This document shows, one piece after another, positions 8,290 to 20,890 of a stretch of 44,385 nucleotides of DNA. The notes beneath the pieces are model-generated. The model was given only the letters and a program-made list of their open reading frames with translations. It did not search any database and had not been told where the DNA came from. The DNA lies in the IMG/VR virus record IMGVR_UViG_3300036975_000082, positions 1 through 44,385 of that record; one strand, 5' to 3'. Numbering within the stretch: position 1 is the stretch's first letter; each line of letters opens with the position of its first letter. The translations under genes and the position numbers were made by a program. This DNA comes from a virus. Taxonomy: Duplodnaviria; Caudoviricetes.

Positions 8290-9820
8290 CGTTGTCGGTG
8301 TCCAACAAAATACGTCAGATACCCGTGGCCGCATTGGATGCTGTGCACGCCGAGCTGGCCCGGCGCAAATTGTCGTACTTTGTCAGGGAGGGATGGCACG
8401 TGCTCGAGCCGAGCACGGATCTTGTCTGGGGCCTGCACATAGATGCCATTTGTGATCATCTCGAGGCAGTCTATGACGGGCGCATCTACAACTTGTTGAT
8501 CAATATCCCGCCAGGTCATATGAAGTCGCTTCTTGTCAGTGTATTTTGGCAGGCGTGGATATGGTTGGACAATCCCGCGTGGCAGGTTTTATACGGTTCG
8601 TATGACATGGGTTTGTCTACTAGGGATACGTTGCGGTTTCGTGATTTGGTGACATCCGATTGGTATAGGGAAACCTTCCGGCCGCGATGGAGACCTAAGG
8701 CTGATCAGAATACGAAGACATGGTTTGCCAATACGGCAGGTGGTTATCACATGGCTGTGTCGGTCAGCGGTAAGGGGTTGGGTTTCCGTGGCGATGCCCG
8801 AGTGTTTGACGATCCGCTCAACGTCAAGCGCATGCCGACTGAGGAGGAGCTCGAAACCGCCATATTCTGGTGGGACAAACGCATGTCGACGCGCTCCAAT
8901 GATCCGCGCACGTTTCGGAGCGTGGGCGTCATGCAGCGCTTGCATGAGGGGGATCCCTCCGGACACATACTCGAGGTCAACGATCAAAGAAAAAGGCCGT
9001 ATGTGCATCTGCGTCTACCCACGGAATTCGATCCGGATGATAGGTGCGAAACATCGATAGGCTTTAGCGATTGGCGTACTGAGCCGGGCGAGCTGTTGTT
9101 TCCTGAGTTGTACGGTCCGGATGAGATAACAGAGGCGAAGGTCAATCTGCAGCACCACTTCGCTGGGCAGCACAACCAGCGGCCCGTGCCTTTGTCCGGA
9201 GGCATCATCCAATTCGCCTGGATCAAGTTTTGGTATCGGCGACGTATGGCGCCCACGCCTGTGCGGGTGGTGCTCGAGGATGGCGAGACCGTTACATGTG
9301 AACAGATTAGGTTACCCAAGAACTTCGACTGGAAGGCCACGAGCTCCGATTTGGCATTCAAGGACAAGGCTACAAACTCATTGGTTGCTATGCAGGTATG
9401 GGGTGGGATCAAAGGCAACTACTTTTTGTTGGATCAGGTGCTGGATCACATGTCATTTGTCGCCACGTTGGCCAACTACCGCAAGCTGTCCGACAGGTAT
9501 CCCGATTGCACCGCGCACTTGGTAGAGGACAAGGCCAATGGGCCCGCTCTCATGAATGTGCTTAGGAATGAAATATCCGGCATGATTGCCATCAACCCGA
9601 AGGATTACGGAGGGAGCAAGGAGTCCCGGTGCGAAGCGGCTGCCCCTTTGTTCGAGGCCGGTAACGTGTACATACCGCATCCTTCCGAGGCGGACTGGTC
9701 TGACAGGTACAGGCAAGAGATCTGCACATTTCCGCGCAGCAGGCACAGTGATCAGGTAGACTCGACCACGCAGCTGCTCAACTGGGCACGCAGGCGTACG
9801 GCGGCAAGGAGAAAACTGGC

Positions 9821-9839
<19 letters not shown>
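8286..9839 (+). CDS. terL: Terminase large subunit
   Basis: INIPPGHMKS Walker A, FDDP, MQRLHEGD, VEDKANG and FP...HSDQVDS nuclease motif. Confidence 0.97.
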
Positions 9840-11649
<1,810 letters not shown>

Positions 11650-11650
<1 letters not shown>

Positions 11651-12489
11651 TGGGATCGCACGCCACACAGCTGGCCATTGCCCTGCGCAATGTGCCACCC
11701 AGGCGCGGGCGTAGGAGAAAAAGACTCCCTCGTGTCTTGGTGCCCAAGGTCGTACAGGCTTCTTACTACTCCGAAATAGTCAGGTTGCTGGAGGAGGCCA
11801 AGCGTCTGGTGGACAGGGACGTGCCGGATGCAATGCGAAGTCTTCTCCTGTCGAGGCAAGATGCGGCAAGGCTGGATTCACCGTCCGATTTTTCACGTGT
11901 CATCGACGGTCTCAGGTTGGAGTACGCCCGTATCGTGGATCGCGGCATGTTGGAGACTGTAGCGGAGGGAGCTGCGGCCAGCGTATTGCGGAACAACAGG
12001 CTGCAGGTTGGCCGACAGTTCAAGGCCATCTTGGGTATCGATTTGTTGGCGGGGGATCCTCCTCTTGAGATGCTCATGCAGACATTCACGATTGAGAATG
12101 TCTCGCTCATCAAGACAATATCCTCGAAATACTTTGACGAAATAGAGCAGTCGGTATTCCGCAACTGGCGGGCCGGGGTCAGAGCCGAGGAGATGATCTC
12201 CGGTATCATGGATCGCTATAAAGTATCCAAGAGCAGTGCCATGCGCATTGCAAGGGATCAGACCGGCAAGCTCAACGGACAGTTGGTCGAGGCCCGCCAC
12301 AAGGATCTGGGCATCAATCAGTACACATGGCGTGGCATAAACGACGAGAGAACGAGGAGCCTGCACAGCGAGAGGATAAAACGCGAGGCTGTGTACAGCT
12401 GGGACAATCCGCCTGAAGGAGGTCATCCTGGCGAGCCGATTCAATGCAGGTGCTGGGGCGAACCCTACATACCTGGGGTGAATGCATGA
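11650..12489 (+). CDS. Head morphogenesis protein (MuF/SPP1 gp7 family)
   Basis: IARDQTGKLNG, Y.W....DERTR..H and HPGEPIQCRC. Confidence 0.93.
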
Positions 12490-12534
12490 GACTGCCGCAT
12501 GTCGGGCGGGCTGTTTAGGCGGCCGTCCCTGCGC

Positions 12535-12557
12535 CTGGCATGCGGCAAATCTTGCCG
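12535..12557 (+). promoter_or_regulatory. Operator-like palindrome upstream of the head-assembly genes
   Basis: CTGGCATGCGGCAAATCTTGCCG matches the motif at 885-907 and 37323-37345. Confidence 0.5.
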
Positions 12558-12596
12558 CTTGTATGACGATTGTTTTTTGGCCTATTGTTAAGGTGC

Positions 12597-13799
12597 ATGG
12601 CCTTCAGAATCGACAAGGGCTCCTACACAAGATCGAGGGCAAAAAAGTTGCCAAATGGCTTCTTGATGGCACCTGCCACGCTGACGCGCACTGGCGTGTT
12701 CCAGTACCTGCAGCAGGATGGCAGCATTCGCAGGGAGCTGAGGCTGCCAGAGGAAGTCTTTGCCGCTGACAGTCTTGCCACCTTGCATCTTGTGCCTGTT
12801 ACCTCGGAGCATCCCAAAGATCCGGTGGACATCGACAATGTCAGGCATCTGTCGATAGGGACTACCGGACAAGATGCAAAAGCGGATGGTGACAATGTGG
12901 TGGCCACCCTGCAGTTGCAGGACAAGTCGGCCATAAAAGATGCCGAGGAGGGCCGGCGCAGTGAGGTGTCCTGCGGCTATTGGTGTGATTCGGAGAAGTC
13001 GCCCGGTGTCTACAAGGGCGATAGTTACGATGTAATACAGCGCAACATACGATATAACCATGTTGCCATGACAGTTCGAGGCAGGGCCGGCAATGCGCGC
13101 ATCCATCTTGATAGTGCCGATGGGGACTATGCTGAGATGGTGGGATTGAGATGCGATGCGTATGATCGAAACCCAGGGAAAAAGGGGCAGCAACCGATGA
13201 AGCTGACAATCGACGGCATTACGTTCGAGGTCGAGAATGTGCAGTTGGCGCAGGCCGTGAACAAGGCCATGGGTGAAAGGGACGAGCAGATCTCGGCACT
13301 CAAGGCCGACAGCGAAAAGCTGATCAAGGACAAGAGCGAAGCCGAGGCCCGTGCTGCCGTAGCCGAAAAAGATCTCGACAAGACCAAGAAGGCGCGCGAG
13401 GACGCGCAGAAGCCCGAACATGTGCAGGAGCTCGTCAAGGCGCGTCTCGATCTCGAAAGAAGGGCCGGGCCGCTGCTTGCCGATCAACTCAAGAAGGACA
13501 ACAAAGAGATCGAATCCTTGTCTGATGATGAGATCCGCAGGGCCGTGATTGCCATTCACAGTCCAGATCTCAAGCTGGATGGCAAGGACGAGGCTTTTGT
13601 GTCCACCTACTGCGAAGCTGCCCTGGTGTCATTGGCCGACAGGCAGGACAGTGATGCCAAGAGGAGCAGGCACAAGGTGGAGGATGCCGCAGCCAATCTG
13701 AAGGCACGGGATGACAGCGAGTCGAAGGATGCCGAGGAGGCATATCGCAAGGACACGCAGGAGGCTTGGCAAAAGCCACTGCATAACACGGGTAGCTGA
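12597..13799 (+). CDS. DUF2213 prohead protease / scaffold protein
   Basis: RTGVFQY, ELRLPEEVF..DSL, VT.EHP, SCGY and Q.NI.YNHVA...GRAG; coiled-coil C-terminal half. Confidence 0.9.
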   Translation: MAFRIDKGSYTRSRAKKLPNGFLMAPATLTRTGVFQYLQQDGSIRRELRLPEEVFAADSLATLHLVPVTSEHPKDPVDIDNVRHLSIGTTGQDAKADGDNVVATLQLQDKSAIKDAEEGRRSEVSCGYWCDSEKSPGVYKGDSYDVIQRNIRYNHVAMTVRGRAGNARIHLDSADGDYAEMVGLRCDAYDRNPGKKGQQPMKLTIDGITFEVENVQLAQAVNKAMGERDEQISALKADSEKLIKDKSEAEARAAVAEKDLDKTKKAREDAQKPEHVQELVKARLDLERRAGPLLADQLKKDNKEIESLSDDEIRRAVIAIHSPDLKLDGKDEAFVSTYCEAALVSLADRQDSDAKRSRHKVEDAAANLKARDDSESKDAEEAYRKDTQEAWQKPLHNTGS

Positions 13800-13863
13800 C
13801 AAGGTCGCAGGGCGGCCATAGGCATTGACTTTTTGGCGGCCCGGAGCCGCATGGAGATCGACA

Positions 13864-15480
13864 GTGTCGCAAACGAGCTATGACGAGCAGGAGATGGGGA
13901 TCAATGGTCAGCTGGCCGATACCGGGCCGCGCCGTGTGGGATCCTACATCAACGAAAACGCATCCGGCATCGGTTTCGGTTTGGGCGTCAAGCGTGGCAG
14001 CGCGGTAGCTGCCGGCAGGACAGGTTTGTTTGACGAGACCAGCAGCGCGGCAGATGATCTGCGGGGCGTGACGCTGCACGACTACTGCTATAACAACGCG
14101 TCTGATGCTGTGGAGAACATCCCTGCTGATGATACAGGGAGCATTCTGGAGGAGGGCCACATCCTTGTGACGGCTGAGACTGCCGTGGCTGATGGGGATG
14201 ACGCCTATGTGCGCATCGACGATGGCGTGGCGGATGCTACCCAGACCACCAAGGGGAGTTGGGGCAATGACGATGACAGCGGCACGCGGCGGCATGTCAA
14301 GGGTGCCAAATTCCGCAGCGCCGCGGCCAAGGGCGGTTTAGCCCAATTGCACGTCATGCCGGGATTCGGCGGGTTCGATCTGGACACGCGGGTGGAGCGC
14401 ATCGGCGAGGGGGACAACGTGCTTGTCTCGGCGCCGGTCGGCGAGCCGGATCGTGTTAAGTATGTCGGTCAGGTGAGTACCATCAGCTCCACCACAACCG
14501 TGGAGATGGGTGTTGGTCCAGCGGTGGCGGCCAAGCTCGTGGCCGTCTACCTGGACGCCACCGTGGCCGCAGGGGATTCGACCGATCACTGGACGATCGA
14601 GGCCTTGAGCGGTTCGACATCTTTGGCCACATGGGACACTGACACCGGTGTGGACGGCGCCCTGGCCAAAGGCGCGCCATCGGCCATGAACCTGACCGGT
14701 AATGACATCACGGCAAATGACGACATCACCGTGGTGTTCACGAAGAACAACAGCGCCGCCGCGTTCAGCGCCGCCGGTACCGTGACTATGCACCTGGATG
14801 TCAACGGCATGGTCAAGACAACCACAATCAACATCGCTGCCGGTGTAGAAGGCGAAGTAGCCAAGGTCGTGGCGGTCAAGCTTTCCTGCGGCATCACCGT
14901 AGGTGACTCGACCGATCATTGGACAATCTCCGTCAAGCAAGGATCTACCGAGATCGCCAACTGGGACAGTGACACGGCCGTGGACGGGGCCATCACGCAA
15001 GGTACCTATACCGATCTCAACCTGGTCTCGGAAGCCGTGGTTGCGGATGGTGCAGCATTGATCGCGGTGTTCACCAAGAACAACGCGGCTGCGGACATCA
15101 CACAGGGCATGATCCAGGTGGAGCTCGCCGGCGGGGATGCGCTGGTGGAAACCACCACGATCAATCTTGGTGCCGCGCCGGCGGGCAGACACATGATCAT
15201 TGATGACGTGCAGCTCTCCTGCGGCATCACCGTGGGCGACTCGACGGATCATTGGACGATCGCGCTCAAAAAAGGTTCCACCGAGATCGCCACCTGGGAC
15301 AGCGACACAGGCGAGGATGGGGCGATCACGCAGGGCACGCCGACGAGCATGAACTTGTCGTCCACGTTGGCGAATCGTGTCTTGGATCCAGGGGACGCCT
15401 TGACCCTGGTCCTGACAAAGAACAACGACGCCGTCGGCATATCGGCCGGCGATGTTACTGTGATGGCCCGGTTGGCCTGA
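13864..15480 (+). CDS. Capsid cement/decoration protein with three appended repeat beta-domains
   Basis: GGAG SD and GTG at 13864 (MSQTSY...); IGFGLGV cement-like N-domain; three GDSTDHWTI...WDxDT..DGA repeats; lies between protease and capsid genes. Confidence 0.75.
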   Translation: MSQTSYDEQEMGINGQLADTGPRRVGSYINENASGIGFGLGVKRGSAVAAGRTGLFDETSSAADDLRGVTLHDYCYNNASDAVENIPADDTGSILEEGHILVTAETAVADGDDAYVRIDDGVADATQTTKGSWGNDDDSGTRRHVKGAKFRSAAAKGGLAQLHVMPGFGGFDLDTRVERIGEGDNVLVSAPVGEPDRVKYVGQVSTISSTTTVEMGVGPAVAAKLVAVYLDATVAAGDSTDHWTIEALSGSTSLATWDTDTGVDGALAKGAPSAMNLTGNDITANDDITVVFTKNNSAAAFSAAGTVTMHLDVNGMVKTTTINIAAGVEGEVAKVVAVKLSCGITVGDSTDHWTISVKQGSTEIANWDSDTAVDGAITQGTYTDLNLVSEAVVADGAALIAVFTKNNAAADITQGMIQVELAGGDALVETTTINLGAAPAGRHMIIDDVQLSCGITVGDSTDHWTIALKKGSTEIATWDSDTGEDGAITQGTPTSMNLSSTLANRVLDPGDALTLVLTKNNDAVGISAGDVTVMARLA

Positions 15481-15540
15481 GCGTATTTTTCGGTGCCCAC
15501 GGGGACGGGTGCCTGGAGTGCTTGAAAAGGAGCCGCAGAA

Positions 15541-16482
15541 ATGCACCTGGGACACCTGACAAATCTGGACGCCAATGAGCAGATCTTCTTTGCCCGCGAG
15601 CTCGAGCACATCAAGGCGAAGACCTATGACATCCTGCGGGAGGTCTTGAAGATCCGCAGCATTGTGCCTGTCAGTAACGAGGCCGGATCGTATGCTCAGA
15701 CGATTACCTATCGGCAATACGATCAGACAGGGGTGGCAAAGATCATTAGCAACTATGCGGATGATCTGCCTGTCGCCAACATCAAGGCGCGTGAACACAG
15801 CAGCCCTGTGCGATCGCTTGGCATTGCCTTCATCTATTCGCTGATGGACATTCGGGCCTCGCGGGCCACCGGCAAGCGTTTAGACTATCGCGAACAGATG
15901 GCGGCTGTAAGGGGCATGGCCGTCACCACCGAACGTATCGGGGCCGAAGGCGACTCCGATGCCGGTCTGGGTGGGTTCCTGAACAACGCCAACGTGACGC
16001 TCATCAGCGCCGATGATCCCGGTGCGGGCACGCGGTGGATTGCCGACAGCAAAACGGCCGCGCAGATTCTGTATGACTTGTCGTATGCGGCCAACTATAT
16101 CATCGATCTCACCAAGGAGGTCGAGGAGCCCGACACGCAGCTCCTGCCGACGCTCGAGTACGGGCATATTGCCACCAAACCGATGTCGGAGTCGGACAGC
16201 AACCCAAGCAACACGATCTTGAAGTTCCATCTGTCGACCAGTCCGTGGATCAAGACGGTTGGTAGCTGGAACCGGCTAAAGACCGCCGACGATGCAGGTA
16301 CCGGGCCGCGCATGGTGACGTACAAACGCAGTCCGGAAAAGGTCACCCTCGAGCTCCCGCAAGAGTTTGAGATGCTGGCTGTGCAACAGGAAAATCTTTC
16401 GTACAAAACCCCCTGCCATATGAGGCACGGTGGTGTGATCTTCTACTATCCGTTGTCGTGCCTGTACATGGACGACATCTAA
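15541..16482 (+). CDS. Major capsid protein (DUF2184-type, HK97 fold)
   Basis: FFARELEHI....YD, G.AKII..YADDLP, GLGGFLNN and GGVIFYYP; strong SD AAGGAG. Confidence 0.92.
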   Translation: MHLGHLTNLDANEQIFFARELEHIKAKTYDILREVLKIRSIVPVSNEAGSYAQTITYRQYDQTGVAKIISNYADDLPVANIKAREHSSPVRSLGIAFIYSLMDIRASRATGKRLDYREQMAAVRGMAVTTERIGAEGDSDAGLGGFLNNANVTLISADDPGAGTRWIADSKTAAQILYDLSYAANYIIDLTKEVEEPDTQLLPTLEYGHIATKPMSESDSNPSNTILKFHLSTSPWIKTVGSWNRLKTADDAGTGPRMVTYKRSPEKVTLELPQEFEMLAVQQENLSYKTPCHMRHGGVIFYYPLSCLYMDDI

Positions 16483-16491
16483 GAGGTCCGC

Positions 16492-16854
16492 ATGATCTTG
16501 GTGGAAAACAGGGAAGCGCGTGTCCTAGGCCCTGCCATACCGCAGGAGCTGGGTTTCCTGCAGCTCAAACCGGGTGTCAATGCCGTGCAGGAGGAGCACT
16601 GGGAACATGCGCTCAAGACGGGCTTTGTGAAAAGGCGCCTGGGCAAGACGCTGATCGAGCGCGGAAAGACGGACAATGGCAAGGGTCTCGCCGGCATGGT
16701 CCCCCTCAAGGCCCTTGAGCTCGTCAAGGGCACTTTGGACATCCGGCAGCTCGAGGAGTGGCGAGAGTCGGAAAGACGCGCCAAGATCACCAAGGCCATT
16801 GACAGGCAGATCTCTGTCCTGAACGAGGGGCGCCGCGGATCTGAGGAAGATTGA
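16492..16854 (+). CDS. Hypothetical virion/head-associated protein
   Basis: GAGGT SD; L.PG.N motif typical of the gene after the capsid gene. Confidence 0.65.
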   Translation: MILVENREARVLGPAIPQELGFLQLKPGVNAVQEEHWEHALKTGFVKRRLGKTLIERGKTDNGKGLAGMVPLKALELVKGTLDIRQLEEWRESERRAKITKAIDRQISVLNEGRRGSEED

Positions 16855-16862
16855 GGTCGGCC

Positions 16863-17219
16863 ATGGCTGTGTCCGCCTCCGACGTCAAGGGCATGGCTAC
16901 TGAGCTGGCCTCGGTGTCGGATGCCGTTGTAGAATCCTGGATCGCCAAAGCACTCCTGAGCATCAATGCCGCAGCGTATGGCGACAAGGCAGACAGCGCC
17001 ACGCAATATCTCGCCGCTCATTATATCACATTGGCAGAGAGGGCTGGTGCAGGGGCATCATCAGGCACGGGGCCTGTTGTGCAACGCAAGGTGGGGGATG
17101 TCTCTACGACATTTGCCGTGGGCTCTATGGCGGCCAAGGATGCCATGTTGATGTCCACAGTGTGGGGTCAAATGTATCTCTCCTTGCGCGGATCGGTGTT
17201 TCCGGATAGGCGTGTGTAA
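16863..17219 (+). CDS. Head-tail adaptor (DUF4054-like)
   Basis: YLAAH.I.L, VGDVS..F and ST.WGQ.Y. Confidence 0.85.
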   Translation: MAVSASDVKGMATELASVSDAVVESWIAKALLSINAAAYGDKADSATQYLAAHYITLAERAGAGASSGTGPVVQRKVGDVSTTFAVGSMAAKDAMLMSTVWGQMYLSLRGSVFPDRRV

Positions 17220-17725
17220 TGGCGGCCGGAATAATAGACAAGGATCATGGTTACAAGGCGCTTGCGAAAATCGTTAAGGGCTTCAAAGGCCACACCGTAG
17301 CCGTGGGTGTGTTGGAGAGCAGTGAGAAAAGACCCAAGGAGGAAGGTAAAAAAGAACCGTTGACTAACGTGAAGCTCGCCGGCGTGCATGAGTTTGGGCG
17401 CGAGGATGGCAGCATTCCGGCGCGCAGCTGGAACCGTGCGTGGGTGGACGAGAATAGGCAGCTCGTCCTAAGATGGAAACTGCGCCTGGCCAAGCAAGTG
17501 GTAAAAGGCAGAATCACCGAGAGACAGGCGCTTGGTCAATTGGGCGAGTCCATAGCCTCCGGCATGAAGGGTCGTATACAAAAGCACATTGATCCACCAT
17601 TGACAGAAGCCACAAAGAGAGCTCGGGCGAGGCGTTTCAAGCACGGCAAGAGCGGCGACACTCCCCTGATGGATCTTGGTCTGATGGCTAATTCGATTGT
17701 GCACGAGGTGCGCGGTGTTAAGTGA
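17219..17725 (+). CDS. Neck/tail-completion protein (HK97 gp10-like)
   Basis: V.VG, HEFG....IPARS, PPL...T...K and PL.D.G.M.NSI. Confidence 0.8.
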   Translation: MAAGIIDKDHGYKALAKIVKGFKGHTVAVGVLESSEKRPKEEGKKEPLTNVKLAGVHEFGREDGSIPARSWNRAWVDENRQLVLRWKLRLAKQVVKGRITERQALGQLGESIASGMKGRIQKHIDPPLTEATKRARARRFKHGKSGDTPLMDLGLMANSIVHEVRGVK

Positions 17726-18065
17726 GGCGATACTTGCCGAGGCCCGGGCTATCGAGTTCACAAGGGCCGGGGCCCCCTCGTCATCATATGGGCGCGTGGT
17801 GCCTGGGGCGACCTCCACTTTTACAGCGCGTGTGGTCGTGCAGCCATTGTCGTCCAGGGAGAGAATGCTTCTGCCGGAAGGCTCGCGCACGAAAGAGAAG
17901 GTCAAGATCTACAGCATCACGGCCTTGCGCATAGGATCGCCGGAGGCCGGCACAATCGGTGACAGGTTTGTACGCAATGGTGTGCTGTTCGAGGTGGATG
18001 CCGAGGCTTATTGGGCAGGCGACGGATCACACTACCGCTATTGGGCGACCAAGGTTGAACGCTGA
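17715..18065 (+). CDS. Head-closure/stopper protein
   Basis: VQP.......LPEG.R.....IY...L; synteny. Confidence 0.75.
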   Translation: MLSEAILAEARAIEFTRAGAPSSSYGRVVPGATSTFTARVVVQPLSSRERMLLPEGSRTKEKVKIYSITALRIGSPEAGTIGDRFVRNGVLFEVDAEAYWAGDGSHYRYWATKVER

Positions 18066-18664
18066 TGGCAGGCCTTGTCCCATTCGATTGGACCACGGCA
18101 TTTGACGCCTTGTACACATGGCTGCATGGGCAGCTGGACATACCGGTATGGTGGGAGAACCAGGATCACCCGAGGGGTAGCTATCCCTATGCCACGCTCG
18201 GAGTGACAGCAGGCCCTGTGCAGGCGGGCGGAACCGATTTGCGGCGAGTGTCCGAGGATGCTCCCGGGACGGGTGTCTACGAGAAGGCTGTCACCGATCA
18301 TGAGATGACCATATCATGTCAGGCATTTGTGTCACATGACGGGGACAGCGAAATAGATTTCGACAGCAATGCTGTGGCTCTTTTGTCGATTGCGCATGCA
18401 TCCCTTGGTCTCAGGGACACTATCAGCACATTGAACAGCGCCGGATTGAGCGTGCGTGACGCAATGCCTGTGAGGAGTTTGCCTCCGTTGGCGGAAGGCT
18501 CTTTTGTGGATCGTGCAATTTTTGACATGCGCTGTGGATTAGCTTTCGTGGTTGATCCGGCAGAGTATGTGACGAGCATAGGCACCTTGTATGTGTCGTC
18601 GGACATGTCGGGTCAATCCGGTACCGGCGATCTGGACATAGACGACGAGCCGTTTGGAGGCTGA
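18065..18664 (+). CDS. Neck/tail terminator protein
   Basis: W.NQ..P...YPYATL and RA.FD motifs; immediately before the sheath gene. Confidence 0.7.
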   Translation: MAGLVPFDWTTAFDALYTWLHGQLDIPVWWENQDHPRGSYPYATLGVTAGPVQAGGTDLRRVSEDAPGTGVYEKAVTDHEMTISCQAFVSHDGDSEIDFDSNAVALLSIAHASLGLRDTISTLNSAGLSVRDAMPVRSLPPLAEGSFVDRAIFDMRCGLAFVVDPAEYVTSIGTLYVSSDMSGQSGTGDLDIDDEPFGG

Positions 18665-18665
18665 C

Positions 18666-19982
18666 ATGTCGCTTGATTCTCTGATCAATGTCACAATCAC
18701 AGTGCAGGGCGCATCAGTAACGCGTGCAGGATTCGGCACCATCATGCTGTTGGCCTATCACACCAATTGGCCGGAGCGCGTGCGCGAGTACAGCATGGCC
18801 ACGGTGCTTACGGACATGGTGACGGATGGTTTTGCGACGACGGATTCCGCCTACCTGATGGCAGTGGCTGTCGCCAGTCAGAATCCGCGGCCGCCGACGC
18901 TCAAGATTGGGCGTCTGGAGGAGACGCCTGTTGCGCAAAGCATCAAGTGCACACCTACGGCCGTCAACAATGCCACGTATACAGTGGAGATCGATGGCAC
19001 CGAATTCGAGTACGAAGCGGATGCCACCGCGACCGAGGCCGAGATCACAGCAGGACTCGAGACGGTAATCAACGCCGGCAGCGTGGCTGTCACGGCCACC
19101 GACAACTCGACGTACATACAGCTGGATGCGGATGCCGCCGGCACCTATCACCAAATCAAGCTTTCCTGCGACGCAGGCACGCGCCAATGGGAGCGTGATG
19201 ATGAGACTACGGATCCTGGCTATGCCACGGATCTTGCGGCGATCATCTTGGAGGATGATGACTTCTACGGGCTGGCCATAGAGGCGCACGATGCGGCGGC
19301 AATCACAGCCGTGGCTGCCTGGGCCGAGACCAACAAAAAGCTGTTCTGCCCCACCACCGGGGACACAGACTGCCTGGGCAGCGGCAGCACTGACATCATG
19401 AGCACGGAAAAGGCGCTGTCCCATGTGCAGACTGCCATCTGGTACTCGGATGATCCCAGCCAGTACTTGGGTGCAGGTGCAATGGCCGAGTCGTTTCCCT
19501 ACAACCCGGGCGGGCAAAGCTGGGCGCTAAAGACCATTTCAGGTGTGTCCACCGTGTCCATGACGACCACAGAGAAAAGCAATGTGCATGGCAAGTACGG
19601 CAACTACTACGTGGCCATGGGCGGGGTCAATGTTACCTGGGAAGGCAAGACGGCCAGCGGCGAATGGATCGATGTGGTGCGCGGCAATGGGTGGCTGATC
19701 AGCACGATGCAGGCTGATCTCTTTGCACTGGTCGTTGGCACACGCAAGGTGCCCTATACCATTGGCGGACTCGGCATTATCCAGACGGCCATGCAGGGCA
19801 GTCTGCAACTCGCCGAAAAGCGCAATGTGCTTGTGGCTGGATCCACAGGCGTGATCATGCCTGTGATCAGCGATGTGTCGGATGCGGACAAGATTGTGCG
19901 CGTACTCAACGACGTGTCTTTTTTCGGGCAGTATGCCGGTGCCGTGCATAGCATGGTGATTGCGGGATCGCTCTCGTACTAA
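18666..19982 (+). CDS. Tail sheath protein (DUF3383-type)
   Basis: GFG..M, SQNPRP...IGR, W.LKT.SGV, G...SGEWID..RG..WL and KVPYT..G. Confidence 0.92.
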   Translation: MSLDSLINVTITVQGASVTRAGFGTIMLLAYHTNWPERVREYSMATVLTDMVTDGFATTDSAYLMAVAVASQNPRPPTLKIGRLEETPVAQSIKCTPTAVNNATYTVEIDGTEFEYEADATATEAEITAGLETVINAGSVAVTATDNSTYIQLDADAAGTYHQIKLSCDAGTRQWERDDETTDPGYATDLAAIILEDDDFYGLAIEAHDAAAITAVAAWAETNKKLFCPTTGDTDCLGSGSTDIMSTEKALSHVQTAIWYSDDPSQYLGAGAMAESFPYNPGGQSWALKTISGVSTVSMTTTEKSNVHGKYGNYYVAMGGVNVTWEGKTASGEWIDVVRGNGWLISTMQADLFALVVGTRKVPYTIGGLGIIQTAMQGSLQLAEKRNVLVAGSTGVIMPVISDVSDADKIVRVLNDVSFFGQYAGAVHSMVIAGSLSY

Positions 19983-19994
19983 GGAGGTGCTCCG

Positions 19995-20429
19995 GTGGCA
20001 GTTCGCAACTACAATCTGGCTGAGGTGCAGGCTATATTCGGGCCTGTGGAGATGGGTGGCTATGGGGAAGAGGGAGGTATCCGTATCGAATGGCCGGAGA
20101 ATCTTTGGGAGTACTCCAGGAACGCCGACGGCGGGGGTACGCGTAGCAAGAACAATGCTAACGATGCGATGGTAACCGTAACGCTTTCGCAGTCATCCGA
20201 GAAAAACACGGAGCTCAGTGCAATTCAGACTGTGGATAGATTAACCGGGGCAGGTGTCCATCCAATGATGGTGCGCGACACTAACGGCACTACTCTGTTG
20301 GCAGGGACATCGGCCTGGATTGAGAAGCGTCCTGATGTGGAATTCAACAAGCCGGCGACAACTCGGGCATGGGTGTTCCGTGTCGAGGATCTTGACGGAC
20401 TCATTGGCCATGGCAACGAGGCGACATGA
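19995..20429 (+). CDS. Tail tube protein (DUF3277-type)
   Basis: Y....V...G, ADG...RS, L.QSS..N..L and AWI.K.P......R.W; strong SD AAGGAGGT. Confidence 0.88.
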   Translation: MAVRNYNLAEVQAIFGPVEMGGYGEEGGIRIEWPENLWEYSRNADGGGTRSKNNANDAMVTVTLSQSSEKNTELSAIQTVDRLTGAGVHPMMVRDTNGTTLLAGTSAWIEKRPDVEFNKPATTRAWVFRVEDLDGLIGHGNEAT

Positions 20430-20890
20430 GAGATTCAGAAAGCAAAAAGATAGGCGAGCACATTTATACCGTGCGCATGCTCACAGTCGACACGGCAATC
20501 GATGTGCTTGTCGATCTTGTTGGAATGCTAGGGGAGCCCGTGGCCGAGCTGCTTGCTGCAGGCAGTGCGTCGGACATTGTCACCGGTTTCAGGGAGGATG
20601 GGGCCGAGGATGAGGAGTCGGGTAGGGCTGTGGCCTTGCTCCTCAGGGTGTTGGTAGGCAAGTTGCACAAAGACACCATCCACAATATTGTGAGAAGATT
20701 GGTAGAGGTGTCTGATGTCGATAACAAACCTCTTATCAAAAGCTATGCAGCGCATTTCCGGGGGGAGCTCTGCTTGCTGGCCAAGTGGTTATGGTTTGCG
20801 CTGCAGGTGCAGTATCGGGATTTTTCCGGTGCCTTCGAGGCTATCGCTGGTTCGGAAATGCGCCAGTCCGGCCAGGAGCTAGAGGGCTGA
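20426..20890 (+). CDS. Tail assembly chaperone
   Basis: Between tube and tape measure genes; HF.G......L.F...QY.DF motif. Confidence 0.8.
   Translation: MRDSESKKIGEHIYTVRMLTVDTAIDVLVDLVGMLGEPVAELLAAGSASDIVTGFREDGAEDEESGRAVALLLRVLVGKLHKDTIHNIVRRLVEVSDVDNKPLIKSYAAHFRGELCLLAKWLWFALQVQYRDFSGAFEAIAGSEMRQSGQELEG

Noticed and set aside
14338-15798. 486-aa minus-strand ORF and other long antisense ORFs (2914-3855, 12588-13559, 25201-26103, 41360-42562)
   Set aside because: They overlap well-supported genes and are typical GC-rich shadow frames without motifs.
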